Source of the DNA: Gemmatimonadota bacterium
GTDB taxonomy: Bacteria > Gemmatimonadota > Gemmatimonadetes > Palauibacterales > Palauibacteraceae
Direction of reading: 5' to 3'
Assembly: GCA_965116475.1 (NCBI GenBank)
Contig: OZ220691.1
Location: 1,568,001-1,632,000, forward strand
DNA: 64,000 bases
Below are positions 19,090-29,454 of this stretch, piece by piece. The translations under genes and the position numbers were made by a program. Under the pieces are notes generated by a model, which saw only the letters and a list, made by a program, of their open reading frames with translations, did not search any database and was not told the DNA's origin. Each line of letters begins with the position of its first letter. Positions within the stretch are counted from its first letter, which is position 1.

Positions 19090-20655
19090 CAGGCCCAGCT
19101 TCTCGGCCATGCCGATGCGCTGAATCTTGCCGGTCGGGCCCTTGGGGATGTCGTCCATGAGAAGGATCCTGCGCGGGACCTTGAAGTCGGCGAGCCGCTC
19201 CGCCGCGAACGCCTGGAGTTCCCGCGGCGTCGCCTCCATCCCTTTGCGGAGCACCGCGGCCGCGGCGATTTCCTCGCCCAGCTTCGGATGCGGCATCGCG
19301 AACGCCACGACCTGCCGCACGGCCGGGTGGTCGAGGATCGCCTCGTCGATCTCGCGCGGCGACACCTTCTCTCCCCCGCGGTTGATGATCTCCTTCAGGC
19401 GACCCGTGATCGTGACGTAGCCCTCGTCGTCCATCACGCCCTGGTCCCCCGTGCGGAACCAGCCGTTGGTGAAGGCCTCGGCGTTCGCCGCGGGGTTGTT
19501 CTCGTATCCGTCGCTGACGTTGGGGCCGCGGATGACGATCTCGCCCACGTCGCCAACCGGCAGGAGCCTGGGGCCCGACTCATCCATGACCGAGACCTCG
19601 GGGCCGGCGGCGATCCCCACGGTCCCCGGCTTGCGCGCGGCGGGCGGGAGCGGGTTGCTCGTCATCTGGTGCGCCGCTTCGGTCATCGCGTACGACTCGA
19701 TGACGGGGACACCGAACGTCTCCTCAAGTTCGGCCATCACCTGCGGAAGGAGAGGGGCGGAGGCCGAGCGGATGAAGCGCAGGTCGGCCCGATCGATCGC
19801 GTCGCGGTTCCTCGGGGCGCGCACCAGAATTGCCTGGTGCATGGTGGGGACGGCGGTATAAAAGCTGGGCCGCGCCTCGTCGAGCCAGCCGAAGAAGCGG
19901 AGGGCGTTGAAGCCGGGAGTGGAGAAGATCGACCCCCCCACGCCGAGCGGCGCGAGGACCGCGGCGATCAGCCCGTGGATGTGGAACAGCGGCATCACGT
20001 TCAGGCAGCGGTCGTCGGCCGTGAGCCGCAGGGTGTGCGCGACGTTGACCGCGGAGGCGCACACGTTCCGGTGCGAGAGCGGCACGATCTTGGGTCGGGA
20101 CGTCGTCCCCGACGTGTGGAGGATGAGCGCGATGTCGTCCTCCGTCGCCCAGCCGCCCTGGGACCATGCGCCGCCGGATTCGGTGCCGCCGGATGCGGTG
20201 TCCCCGGATGCGGTGTCCCCGGATTCCTCCGGCACGAGTTCGAACTGTCCGGCCGGCGCCTGGGGGTCGACGTGCAGCTCGAGCACCGGGATCCCGTGGC
20301 TCGCGGCCGCGGCGCGGGCCGGGGAGTCGCTTCCCGCTTCGACGATGAGGGTCTTCGCGCTGAGATCCGAGAGATAGAACTCGTGTTCGGGCTGCCGGTA
20401 CGCCGGGTTCAGGGGGGCGGCGGTGGCGGCGCAGGCGACGGAGACGAACGCGGACGCCATCTCGGGTCCGTTCGGGAGCACGATCGCCACGCGGTCGTTG
20501 CGGCCGATGCCGAAGCCGTTGAGCGCGGCGACGGTGCGCTCCACCTGGCGGCGGAGGCCGTCGAAGTTCAGCGGCTCGCGGCCGGGGGCGGCGATTGCGG
20601 GACTCTCCCCCGAACTGCCCGCGAGCAGTTCCCGGACGGTGACGGGATGTGGCAT
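19084..20655 (-). CDS. Acyl-CoA synthetase, oxalate-CoA ligase (AAE3/Pcs60)-like
   Basis: HTSGTTSRPK, PLFHIHG, RFIRSASA, YAMTEAAHQ, INRGGEK, PKGPTGKIQR. Confidence 0.88.
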   Translation of the reverse strand: MPHPVTVRELLAGSSGESPAIAAPGREPLNFDGLRRQVERTVAALNGFGIGRNDRVAIVLPNGPEMASAFVSVACAATAAPLNPAYRQPEHEFYLSDLSAKTLIVEAGSDSPARAAAASHGIPVLELHVDPQAPAGQFELVPEESGDTASGDTASGGTESGGAWSQGGWATEDDIALILHTSGTTSRPKIVPLSHRNVCASAVNVAHTLRLTADDRCLNVMPLFHIHGLIAAVLAPLGVGGSIFSTPGFNALRFFGWLDEARPSFYTAVPTMHQAILVRAPRNRDAIDRADLRFIRSASAPLLPQVMAELEETFGVPVIESYAMTEAAHQMTSNPLPPAARKPGTVGIAAGPEVSVMDESGPRLLPVGDVGEIVIRGPNVSDGYENNPAANAEAFTNGWFRTGDQGVMDDEGYVTITGRLKEIINRGGEKVSPREIDEAILDHPAVRQVVAFAMPHPKLGEEIAAAAVLRKGMEATPRELQAFAAERLADFKVPRRILLMDDIPKGPTGKIQRIGMAEKLGLT

Positions 20656-20677
20656 GGTCAGGTCAGGCCGGCCCGGG

Positions 20678-22432
20678 TCAGCAGGAGACGCAGCGGTGGT
20701 TGTTCTTCGCCCCGAGGCTCTCGAGCAGGGCGATCGTCTCCGGGAACGGCTGCACGCGCTGGACCGGCCCATTGGCCAGGTCGACGGTCGTCTGGCCGTT
20801 GCGGGCCACGAGCGTCACGTCGGCACCGCGCTCGACGAGATAGAGGATCATCTCGTTGTCCCCGCGCGAGGCGGCGTGGTGCGCGGGCGTGTAGCCGTTG
20901 TGGTCGCGCGCGTTCACGTCGGCGCCGAGTTCCTCGACGAGGAACTTCATGGCCGGCAGCCAGCCGTCCGGCACGTGGCGGTGCGAGTTGCCCGCGAAGC
21001 CCTGCCCGTAGCCGACGCCGGCCGCCGCGTGGATGGGGTGGACCGCCGGACCGCCCACGGGTATGGGGTCGAGGCCGGAATAATCGATGTCGTCTCCGCC
21101 GCGGCCGTAACGCCGCTGGGGAACCTTCGCGGTCGGCGTCGCCGGGTCGGCCCCGTATTCGAGGAGCAGCTTCATGGCGGCGATGTCGAGCGCGTGCGCG
21201 GCGCGCCAGAAGGGCGTGGCGCCGGTGCGGTCGACGCCCAGGAGGTCCCGGTTGTACGTCGTGAACCAGAGCGACTTCTCCAGCCGCGGGTTCGGGTCGA
21301 CGCCCGCTTCGAGCAGCGTCCGCATGACGTCGAGGTACGCCCACTCCTGCTGGTGCACGTCGGTGGGCTGCGGATGCCGGGCCTTCGGCGCCCAGTGCAT
21401 GTTGAGCGCCGCGTACAGCGGGGTGGCCCCGGCGTCGCTCCGGAGGTTCGGGTCGGCCCCGCGCGCGAAGAGTTCCATCGCGAGGTCGAAGTGCCCGTTG
21501 ATCATCGCGATGAGCAGCGGGGTCGTGCCGTCCGCGGCGCTCCGCTGGTCGATGTCCGCGCCCCTGTCGAGCAGGGCCAGCGCCGCGTCGCGGTGGCCTT
21601 CGCGGGCCGCGAGCAGGAGCGCCGTCAGCCCGCCGTGCGTGCCGACGAGGTCGGCGTAGTTGCCCAGGCAGCCGGAGCAGGTGGGCTCCTCGGGGTCCTC
21701 GAGCCGCACGGTCTGGAGGCCGGGGCCGGGGCCGGCGGTCGGCCTGGGGGCGGCTTCGCGCGGTGACGGGACCGGCGGCGCTCGGCCCGCCCGGCGCGCG
21801 GCCACGCGGGCATTGCGTTCGCGGCGGTCGAGCTGGTCCCACGCGTCGCGCGCCACGATGTCGAGCACGTACGCGGTGGCCGAGGGGTCCGCCCCCGCGT
21901 CGATGAGGGCGTCAACGGAGCCGGCCCGGCCCGCCGCCGCGGCGAACATGAGCGGCGTCTGGCCCCATTCGGGCTCCCGGGCGTCCGGATCGGCCCCGTG
22001 GCGCACCAGCGCCTCGACCGCACCGGCAGCCCCGGCCGCGGCCGCGAAGTGCAGCGCGGTCGCGCCGGTCGACGTCGCGTCGCGCGCGTCGGCTCCGGCT
22101 GCCAGCAGCGCCTCGACGAGCGGCGCGTGCGCCGCGCGGCTCGCCACGTGGAGCGGCGTGTGTCCGCCCAGCCGCGTGCCCGCCTCGAGCGCGGCGCCCG
22201 CCTCGATCAACACCCCGGCCACGTCGAGCCGCCCCTTCATCGCGGCCCAGTGCAGTGCCGTCATGCCGTCGCCCCGCGCGGCGTTCACGTCCTCGCCCGC
22301 GGCGAGCAGCGACCGCACGGCCTCCAAGTCGCCGCGCATGGCCGCGTCGGCCACCGGAGCATCCGGCCCGCCCGCCGCCCCGAGCGCGAGCAGCGCCGCG
22401 GCCGCGAAGACGAGCGATCGCGCGCGCCGCAT
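20678..22432 (-). CDS. Ankyrin repeat protein, exported
   Basis: Multiple G.TPLH.AA repeats; signal peptide. Confidence 0.92.
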   Translation of the reverse strand: MRRARSLVFAAAALLALGAAGGPDAPVADAAMRGDLEAVRSLLAAGEDVNAARGDGMTALHWAAMKGRLDVAGVLIEAGAALEAGTRLGGHTPLHVASRAAHAPLVEALLAAGADARDATSTGATALHFAAAAGAAGAVEALVRHGADPDAREPEWGQTPLMFAAAAGRAGSVDALIDAGADPSATAYVLDIVARDAWDQLDRRERNARVAARRAGRAPPVPSPREAAPRPTAGPGPGLQTVRLEDPEEPTCSGCLGNYADLVGTHGGLTALLLAAREGHRDAALALLDRGADIDQRSAADGTTPLLIAMINGHFDLAMELFARGADPNLRSDAGATPLYAALNMHWAPKARHPQPTDVHQQEWAYLDVMRTLLEAGVDPNPRLEKSLWFTTYNRDLLGVDRTGATPFWRAAHALDIAAMKLLLEYGADPATPTAKVPQRRYGRGGDDIDYSGLDPIPVGGPAVHPIHAAAGVGYGQGFAGNSHRHVPDGWLPAMKFLVEELGADVNARDHNGYTPAHHAASRGDNEMILYLVERGADVTLVARNGQTTVDLANGPVQRVQPFPETIALLESLGAKNNHRCVSC

Positions 22433-23823
22433 CAGTCCGCCGCCTCCGCGAAGGAGAACGTCCCGGTGCTGTTCCCGAAGCTCGTCACGTCATCCATCCC
22501 GAGCCGGTGCATGAGGCTCAGCATCACGTTCGCCATCGGCGTCCCCGGCGCGGCCCGCAGGTGCAGGTTGCCCTCCATCCTCCCCTGCGCGCCGCCCACC
22601 ACGAAGAGCGGGCACCGCTTGTGGTTGTGCACGTTCGGATCCCCCATCGGCGACCCGTAGATGATCATCGTCTTGTCGAGCAGGTGCGTGTCCCCCTCCA
22701 TCGACGCCTTCAGCCGGTCGAGGAAGTACGGGACGAGCCCCACGTGGTAGCGGTTGATCTGCGCGAAGTCCGTGATGTTGTTCTCGTTGTCCCCGTGGTG
22801 CGACGCCGGGTGGAAGCCCCTGTCGATCCCGCTCTCGGGATAGACCCGCCCCGACGCGTCCCGTCCCATCTTGAACGAGAACACGCGCGTCATGTCCGCC
22901 TGGAAGGCGAGCGCCTGCAGGTCGAACATCAGCTTCACGTGCTCGTCGAACGAATCGGGCACGCCCGCCGGCGCCTCCGGCAGATCCCGGTCTTCGCCGG
23001 ATTCGTTGCGCGCCACCACGCGCTGGATGCGGCGCTCGATCTCCCGCACGTTTTGAAGGTAGCGGTCCATGCGCTGCCGGTCGGACGGATCGAGCCGACC
23101 CCTGAGGCTCGCGACTTCACCCGTGAGGAAGTCGAGGATGCTCGCGCTCGAACGCTGCCGCGCCGCCCGCGCCTCGGGCGTCCCGCCGGCCCCGAAGAGC
23201 TGGTCGAACGCGACCCGCGGATCCCGGATCATCGGAAGCGGCTGCGTCGGCGAGGACCAGCTGATCGTGTCCGTGTAGACGCACGCGTACCCGTACGCGC
23301 AGCCTCCCGCCTGATCCACGTTCTCGATGCAGAGCTGCATGGACGGGATCGGCGTGTCCTGCCCGAAGCGGTGCGCGTAGAGCTGGTCCACCGACGGCCC
23401 GACGAAGACATCCGAACTCTCGGTCTGCTTCGGATGCGCCTGCGTGAGGAAGGTGGCGCTCGACCGGAAGTGGTCCCCGCCGATCTCCTTCGGCTGCCTG
23501 GCTTCGGCCGGCTCGACGTCGGTGTCGCTGATGATCGTGAGATAGTCCCGGTACGGCTCGAGCGAACTGAGCGCGGTCGGCGACAGGTCGAAGCCGCGGC
23601 CGGTCGCGGCGGGCGACCAGTAGTTCTGCGCCGCCCCGAACCCGCTGCTCCCCGCCGAGCCGTGTACCATCTCGATGCAGACGAGCCGCGTCGGATCCGC
23701 CACTTCCCGCGCCCACAGCCGGCCCGCCGGCATCATCGCGTCGAGGAACGGCAGGGCGACGGTCGCCCCCGCGCCCCGGAGGAACGTCCGGCGAGAGAGG
23801 TGTTTCCCTGTGATGAACTCCAT
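22432..23823 (-). CDS. DUF1552 domain-containing protein (Tat signal)
   Basis: LSRRTFLRG, ALPFLDAM, REIERRI, TRVFSF, HPASHH. Confidence 0.9.
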   Translation of the reverse strand: MEFITGKHLSRRTFLRGAGATVALPFLDAMMPAGRLWAREVADPTRLVCIEMVHGSAGSSGFGAAQNYWSPAATGRGFDLSPTALSSLEPYRDYLTIISDTDVEPAEARQPKEIGGDHFRSSATFLTQAHPKQTESSDVFVGPSVDQLYAHRFGQDTPIPSMQLCIENVDQAGGCAYGYACVYTDTISWSSPTQPLPMIRDPRVAFDQLFGAGGTPEARAARQRSSASILDFLTGEVASLRGRLDPSDRQRMDRYLQNVREIERRIQRVVARNESGEDRDLPEAPAGVPDSFDEHVKLMFDLQALAFQADMTRVFSFKMGRDASGRVYPESGIDRGFHPASHHGDNENNITDFAQINRYHVGLVPYFLDRLKASMEGDTHLLDKTMIIYGSPMGDPNVHNHKRCPLFVVGGAQGRMEGNLHLRAAPGTPMANVMLSLMHRLGMDDVTSFGNSTGTFSFAEAAD

Positions 23824-26354
23824 CAGTCCTCCTGCGATCCCTGGCCTCGGTCGGCTCCCGGACTCTCCGCCTGCATGTCGTCGACCACGGCCTCGGTCCC
23901 CTTCAACCGGAACGCCGGGCTGTTGACCACGCCGAGGATGAACGCGGACATGCGGTGGTCCTGTTCGGCGGCCTGCCGCGCGATGGACCGCACGGTCGGC
24001 ATGTCGTAGTACTCGATCCGCCGGCCCAGCGCGTAGGCGAGCAGGTTCTCCGTGAACGCCCGCACGAGCGGCACCGGCCGCGCGAGAAGCGCCGTGCGCA
24101 GATCGGCCGCGCTCGTCACCGGCGTGCCGTCGTAGAGTTCGCCCTGCGCATCGATCGGCATCCCGCTGTCCTTGATGCGCCGCGCCCCGGTGCCGTCGAA
24201 GTATTCCAGCGCGAGACCGATCGGGTCGATGACGCGGTGGCACGAACGGCAGGCCGGGCTCGCCCGGTGCATCTCCAGCCGCTCCCGCACCGTGAGCAGG
24301 CGCCCCTCCTCGGCCTCCGGCGTCGCCTCCAGGTCGGAGACGTCCGGCGGGGGCGGAGGCGGAGGCGTCCCCAGCAACACCTCCATCACCCACTTCCCGC
24401 GCAGGACCGGGGACGTCCGGCTCGCGTGCGAGGTGAGGGTGAGGATGCTGCCGTGCCCCAGGACGCCGCGGCGCTCGGGTTCGGCGATCTCGACGCGCCG
24501 GAAGTCCGTCCCGGTCACGCCCGGGATCCCGTAGTGCCGCGCCAGGCGCTCGTTCACGAACGTGTAGTCGGCCGTCAGCAGTTCGAGCAGGCTCCGGTCT
24601 TCCTGCACGATCGTGTGGAAGAGCAGTTCCGTCTCGCGGTGCATCGCCTCCTTGAGCTGCTGGTCGAAGTCCGGATAGAGGCGGACGTCCGGGTTCATGC
24701 CCTCGAGGTCCTGCAGCCGGAACCACTGTCCCGCGAACCGCGTGGCCAGGGCTTCGGCGCGCGGATCGCCCAGCATCCGGCGTACCTGCGCGTCGAGCAC
24801 CTCCGGATCGGAGAGCCGGCCCTCCGCGGCAGTCTCCAGCAGTTCGTCGTCCGGGCCCGTGGCCCAGAGGAAGAAGGAGAGCCGCGAGGCGAGATCGTAG
24901 TCGTCCAGCGCGTACACCCCGTCCGCTTCGCGCGCGGGCCGCTCCTCGAAGCGGAATACGAAGTGCGGGCTGGCGAGAATCCCCTCGAGCGCGAGCCGGA
25001 CCCCTTCCTCGAACCCGCCCGCCTCGGCCCCGGCGCGGTACAGGTTCATGAGCGCGGCGAGGTTGTCGCCCGTCAGCGGCCGGCGGTAGGCCCTCGTCCC
25101 CAGGCGCGAGAGGATCGCCTCCGCGCACGTCGCCTCGTCCTCCGGCGTGGAGGGGCGGCACGAGAATACGCGGTCGCGGCTCGGCGTGGCCGACATCCCC
25201 GCCGGAGCGAAGGGGCCCGTGACCGCGAGGTCGCGCAGGTGCGGCAGCGTCGTGAACCCGTACGCGTCGGTGATGCTCGTGCTCGCGATCGACCAGTCGT
25301 GCGGCGACATCAGGTCCTGCGACGGCCCCTCGAAGGTGCGGATGAAGGCGGCCGCCACGCGGTGCGGCCCCGCCTCGATGAAGACGGGCTCCGTGCGGAG
25401 GTTCACGCCGTCGGGGTCGGAGACGTGCATCCAGCGATCGATGTCGAGCAGCGCGACGCGCTCGCCGTCGATCGAGACCTCGATCCGCTCGGGTTCGTCG
25501 GTCGTGTGCAGCGCGCCCTTGCCGTTCCCGAACAGGGCGCCGGTCGTCTCGTGATGGAAGGAGACGCGGAAGACGTACTCCCCGTCGGCCGGGAAGTTGT
25601 GGTCCACCGCGACGCCGCCCCGGCTGCCGTAGGGCGTGCCCTCGACGTGCTCCGCCTGCGAGGTCCAGCGCGACACCCGGAACGTGGCCTCGCTCGGCGT
25701 GACCTCCGGGTCCCCGATGGCGAGCCGGCTGATCTCGCTCGCCGCGCGCAGATACCCGTCCATCAGCGTCGGCGAGAGCAACTGCACGTCGGCGATGTTG
25801 TCGAAGTTCGCGCTCTTCGTGTCGAGCGGCAGGTAGTCCCCGGCGTCGATGTCCAGGTCGAGGAGATCGTAGATCGAACGCGAGTACTCGGCACGGTTCA
25901 GGCGCTGGAAGGTCCGCCGCCCCGGGTTCGGATTCGCCTCCCACGCCTGGTCCAGCCGGGACTCGAGGACGACCGCGAGGGTCCGGAGACTGTCAGGCGA
26001 CGGGCGGCGCACCCCGACGGGCGGCATCATCCCGGCCCGCAGCTTCCGCACCATCCGCTCCGCGATCGCCGCATTGTCGGCGGCCGAGGTCACCTCGAAG
26101 GTCTCGAGCGACATCCCCCCGCTGACGCGCCGGGGGTTGTGGCAGCGCCGACAGGTCTCGGCGACGACGCCCTGCGCAACTTCCACGGAGAACGTGTCGA
26201 CGGCGGCAGCCGGTGTCGGCGCGGTCAGCGCTGCGAGCGGCTGCGGCCAACTGGCTGGAGGATGCTCGGCACCCCGTGCCCCGCCGGCCGCTTGACCGAC
26301 GGCCGCACTCGGGAGAACAGCCGCTGCAACCAGCAACACAAGCGATGTTCGCAT
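23823..26354 (-). CDS. DUF1592/1588/1587/1595/1585 domain protein with c-type heme motifs
   Basis: RLNRAEY, ASRLSFFLW, TSPVLRGKW, CRRCH and CRSCH. Confidence 0.9.
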   Translation of the reverse strand: MRTSLVLLVAAAVLPSAAVGQAAGGARGAEHPPASWPQPLAALTAPTPAAAVDTFSVEVAQGVVAETCRRCHNPRRVSGGMSLETFEVTSAADNAAIAERMVRKLRAGMMPPVGVRRPSPDSLRTLAVVLESRLDQAWEANPNPGRRTFQRLNRAEYSRSIYDLLDLDIDAGDYLPLDTKSANFDNIADVQLLSPTLMDGYLRAASEISRLAIGDPEVTPSEATFRVSRWTSQAEHVEGTPYGSRGGVAVDHNFPADGEYVFRVSFHHETTGALFGNGKGALHTTDEPERIEVSIDGERVALLDIDRWMHVSDPDGVNLRTEPVFIEAGPHRVAAAFIRTFEGPSQDLMSPHDWSIASTSITDAYGFTTLPHLRDLAVTGPFAPAGMSATPSRDRVFSCRPSTPEDEATCAEAILSRLGTRAYRRPLTGDNLAALMNLYRAGAEAGGFEEGVRLALEGILASPHFVFRFEERPAREADGVYALDDYDLASRLSFFLWATGPDDELLETAAEGRLSDPEVLDAQVRRMLGDPRAEALATRFAGQWFRLQDLEGMNPDVRLYPDFDQQLKEAMHRETELLFHTIVQEDRSLLELLTADYTFVNERLARHYGIPGVTGTDFRRVEIAEPERRGVLGHGSILTLTSHASRTSPVLRGKWVMEVLLGTPPPPPPPDVSDLEATPEAEEGRLLTVRERLEMHRASPACRSCHRVIDPIGLALEYFDGTGARRIKDSGMPIDAQGELYDGTPVTSAADLRTALLARPVPLVRAFTENLLAYALGRRIEYYDMPTVRSIARQAAEQDHRMSAFILGVVNSPAFRLKGTEAVVDDMQAESPGADRGQGSQED

Positions 26355-26479
26355 GGCCGAAGCCTCTTCCGGGCAACCGCGTCGCACCCCACGGGGCGCA
26401 AGGATACATCAACGACACACCAACTTGAAAATGTACCATCGACGCAGATCGCCCGGCCAGCCGGATACAGCGAGAGGGA

Positions 26480-27682
26480 TCAGCCGCAACCGGACGGAAG
26501 AGGGAGGATCTCGAGGGCCTCGTGTCGCTCGAGCGCGTGCACCTGCACGAATTGTCGGCCGAGTTCATCCGTCCGGACGGCGGTTAGGGCCTCCGCCGAT
26601 ATGTCCAGCACGCGAAGGCCTTCGGGCAACCGCACGGTCCCGATCCCCCGGCCGGTCTCCGCGAAGACCCGCCACTCCGGACTGCCCGGGCCATCGGGAA
26701 GCTGCCAGGACTGGACCCAGATGTATCCCAGTTCGTCCACGATGAGGTCGTTGGCGAACGGAACCCGCTCCGCCATCCCGACCGCTTCCCCCATCACCTC
26801 GATCATCCGGGCCGCCTCCGGAACGATCTCGCCGCCCATTGCGCGTCCGGCGGCCGCGACCGACGCCGCGACCCACCGCTCTCGGTGTTCCTCCGTCACG
26901 CGGTCGACCGGGATGTCGAGGCGCAATTCACCCCGCCGGGTTCCTGTTTGGTGAAAGATCTGTACGACGGGTTCGTCACCGGCGGCGAGCAGGAGGCAGT
27001 TGCCCCGGACAGCGCTGAGGGCTCGCGGCGAGAACAGCGCACCGCGCATCCCGGACATTCCGTCGACGACAAACTGTGAACTGAGGCTCCCCGGGACGCG
27101 AGCCAGCACCTCGCCGACCACGCCGTGCTGGTCCAGCCGGTGGAAGCCGACCGTATCCCGGCCCACGCCGCCCGGATCCGCGGCGACGATGCGGTCCCCC
27201 TCGCGGGCGAACCAGCTGCCGTCCGCGAATCGTCCAACTTCGCCGATCCGCCGGGCCGCGCCCGTACGGCTCAGCCTCGCGTCGTCCGACAGCGATCCGT
27301 CGAACGTCCACTCCGACAGCCGCTGGTGTTGACGATCGAAAGCGACAACCCGACCCTCCCCACTCGCCACAATGCCTGCCAACGTCCGGAATTCGCCGGG
27401 ACCATCGCCCGCGCGCCCCATGGTGGCCAAGACGCTTCCATCGACGGCAAGGATCGTGATCGTCGCGAAGGTTTGATCCGCTACGGCGATGCTCTCATTC
27501 GGTCCCCGGACGACACCGACGACAGCGGAGAACTCGCTGTCCGGCTCCCCCTCCAGCCATCCGTATGCGCGCTCGGGCTGCGAATCCACGATCCAGCGGG
27601 AGGCGACACCCACAGCGTCCTGGGCGCTGGCTCCGCCCCGAATCGTGCCCGATCCCGCCGCCAGCAGCAGAGCGGCCACCAT
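26480..27682 (-). CDS. Exported 6-bladed beta-propeller-like hypothetical protein
   Basis: GRAGDGPGEF, VDELGYIWV, TDELG; likely start MVAALLL at 27682 (track start 27805 overlaps the neighbour). Confidence 0.7.
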   Translation of the reverse strand: MVAALLLAAGSGTIRGGASAQDAVGVASRWIVDSQPERAYGWLEGEPDSEFSAVVGVVRGPNESIAVADQTFATITILAVDGSVLATMGRAGDGPGEFRTLAGIVASGEGRVVAFDRQHQRLSEWTFDGSLSDDARLSRTGAARRIGEVGRFADGSWFAREGDRIVAADPGGVGRDTVGFHRLDQHGVVGEVLARVPGSLSSQFVVDGMSGMRGALFSPRALSAVRGNCLLLAAGDEPVVQIFHQTGTRRGELRLDIPVDRVTEEHRERWVAASVAAAGRAMGGEIVPEAARMIEVMGEAVGMAERVPFANDLIVDELGYIWVQSWQLPDGPGSPEWRVFAETGRGIGTVRLPEGLRVLDISAEALTAVRTDELGRQFVQVHALERHEALEILPLPSGCG

Positions 27683-27699
27683 CCCGGGGTGGCCCGCAG

Positions 27700-28374
27700 T
27701 CAGGGGGGATCGCAACAGGCAATACCCTGCTTCGGCCGCGCGGGTGCCCAGTCGCGCTTGCGACGCCAGAGGGCGGCGGCAACCACGACGAACGATGTCG
27801 ACCATAGCCAGAAGCCGACGTCCGGATAGAGTCCCATGCCTCCGTCAGCGACCCGGAGAAGGCCGATACCGAGCGGCCATGCACCCGTCGCCCCCACCAG
27901 CCACGCCAGCCACAGCTTTCGCAGTGGACGTGGGCGCCACAGCGCGGGAAGGGTCAGGAGCATGATCAGATTCGTGAGCCAAAACATGACGTGCCCACCC
28001 GCGGGAAGCTGCATCAACAGTTCGTACCCGTAGATCGTCGGATCGGCATCGGGTCGGGACGGGATCCCACCCGGAACCCCCCAGGCGGGGAGGAGAAACG
28101 ATGCCGCGTAGAGAGCCCAGCCCGTCAGGAAGAGGCGACGCCAGCGGGGCCATCCGGCCCTCGCGAACTCCCTCGAAATGGCCTTGGGCTCGCCGAGTGC
28201 GGACACCGCCGTGGTGAACGCCCTCGCGGGTGTCAGCGCGGGGTTCAGGTCCAGTTCGAGGGTGACTCGGGCGCGGAGGTGGTCTTCGAGTTCATCCAGC
28301 TCGCGGACCGACAGCGACGACCCGCGTTCCACCCCCGTCCGCCACTTCAGGACTTCCGTGTCCAGTTCAAACAT
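27700..28374 (-). CDS. Permease prefix domain 1 (HAAS-like) membrane protein, copy 3
   Basis: WR...ELDELEDHL...LGEP...REF followed by about 4 TM helices. Confidence 0.82.
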   Translation of the reverse strand: MFELDTEVLKWRTGVERGSSLSVRELDELEDHLRARVTLELDLNPALTPARAFTTAVSALGEPKAISREFARAGWPRWRRLFLTGWALYAASFLLPAWGVPGGIPSRPDADPTIYGYELLMQLPAGGHVMFWLTNLIMLLTLPALWRPRPLRKLWLAWLVGATGAWPLGIGLLRVADGGMGLYPDVGFWLWSTSFVVVAAALWRRKRDWAPARPKQGIACCDPP

Positions 28375-28387
28375 GACGGATGCCGGG

Positions 28388-29035
28388 CTATGCGATGCTT
28401 TTCTTCGGGCGGGCGGATGCCCAGCCGCGACGGCGGAGCCACAGGGCGGCGGAGGCGAGTACGAAGGAGGCGGCCCACGCCCAATAGCCGGGACGCAAGG
28501 CGGCCAGCGCACCGGGACCGTCCGAGATGAACGCGGCCGCGCCGAATCCGAAGGTCGATGCGCCGATGACTCCGAGGATCCCCGCGAGCCATGTGCCCTT
28601 TAATCGAGGCTTGCGCCAAATGAGAGGCAGCATCAGGAGCATCGGCAAGTTCAGGGGCAGCAGCTCGATGTCGGCAAGCAGCTCGTACCCGCGCGGTACC
28701 CAGGCTTCGAAGCCCCACGACGTCGGAAGCAGTTCCAGGCGGAGCACCGGCAGCAGTAGCGAAGCCGAGTAGAGGGCCAAAGCTCCGGCAAGCAGGAGCT
28801 TCCATCGGGGGCGGCCGGCGCGGGCGAACTCCCTGGCGAGCGCCTTCGGTTCGCCGAGGTCTCGCCGGGCGATCGCGAAGGCTTCCGTCGGGGCCAGGGC
28901 GGCGTCCAACTCCAGTTCCAGGTCGACGCGGGCGCGCAGGTGATCTTCGAGTTCATCCAGTTCGCGAGGCGAGAGCGACGACCTGCGATCCAGTGCGCTC
29001 CGCCACCGTCGGACCTCGTTTTCGAACTCAAACAT
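28388..29035 (-). CDS. Permease prefix domain 1 (HAAS-like) membrane protein, copy 2
   Basis: Same motif; overlaps the PadR stop. Confidence 0.85.
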   Translation of the reverse strand: MFEFENEVRRWRSALDRRSSLSPRELDELEDHLRARVDLELELDAALAPTEAFAIARRDLGEPKALAREFARAGRPRWKLLLAGALALYSASLLLPVLRLELLPTSWGFEAWVPRGYELLADIELLPLNLPMLLMLPLIWRKPRLKGTWLAGILGVIGASTFGFGAAAFISDGPGALAALRPGYWAWAASFVLASAALWLRRRGWASARPKKSIA

Positions 29036-29369
29036 GGCTGCCTCCCCAGGACATCTGGAGGGCTCCGTATACGGCCCGCCAACTCTCCCGATCGGTTGAG
29101 AGCTGTCGCTTCCCGCGGCCTGTCAACCGGTAGTACTTGCGACGTCGCCCCGCGTCGGTGAGTTGCCAGCGGCCCTTGATGAGTCCGTCACGCTCCAGCC
29201 TGTGAAGCACGGGGTAGAGCATTCCGTCGGACCACTCGAGTTCGCCGCCGGAGAGCAACTGGACCTGCTTGAGAATCTCGTACCCGTACGTTTCGCCGCC
29301 CGCCAGGATGGAGAGCACCATCGGGCGCGATGACGCCGCCACGAGTTCCTTGTACACCGGCTTCTTCAT
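29028..29369 (-). CDS. PadR family transcriptional regulator
   Basis: YGYEI, GMLYPVLHRLE, RRRKYYRLT..G. Confidence 0.93.
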   Translation of the reverse strand: MKKPVYKELVAASSRPMVLSILAGGETYGYEILKQVQLLSGGELEWSDGMLYPVLHRLERDGLIKGRWQLTDAGRRRKYYRLTGRGKRQLSTDRESWRAVYGALQMSWGGSHV

Positions 29370-29406
29370 CCGGAGACCCCCCTCGCACCTGAAACCGGAC
29401 ACGAGA

Positions 29407-29442
29407 TACCATGAGATATTATGTACCTTGTACTACAAGGTG
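29407..29442. promoter_or_regulatory. Tandem palindromic operator upstream of padR
   Basis: TACCATG-AGATA-TTATGTA plus TACCTTG-TACTA-CAAGGT; matches 31594-31629. Confidence 0.7.
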
Positions 29443-29454
29443 TACGGAAGGATG

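Noticed and set aside
22432..25944. 1170-aa and similar N-terminally extended track ORFs (also 1030-3339, 33917-36250, 50037-51218, 59769-61331)
   Set aside because: The extensions overlap upstream genes in another frame; real starts were placed at stop/start overlaps.
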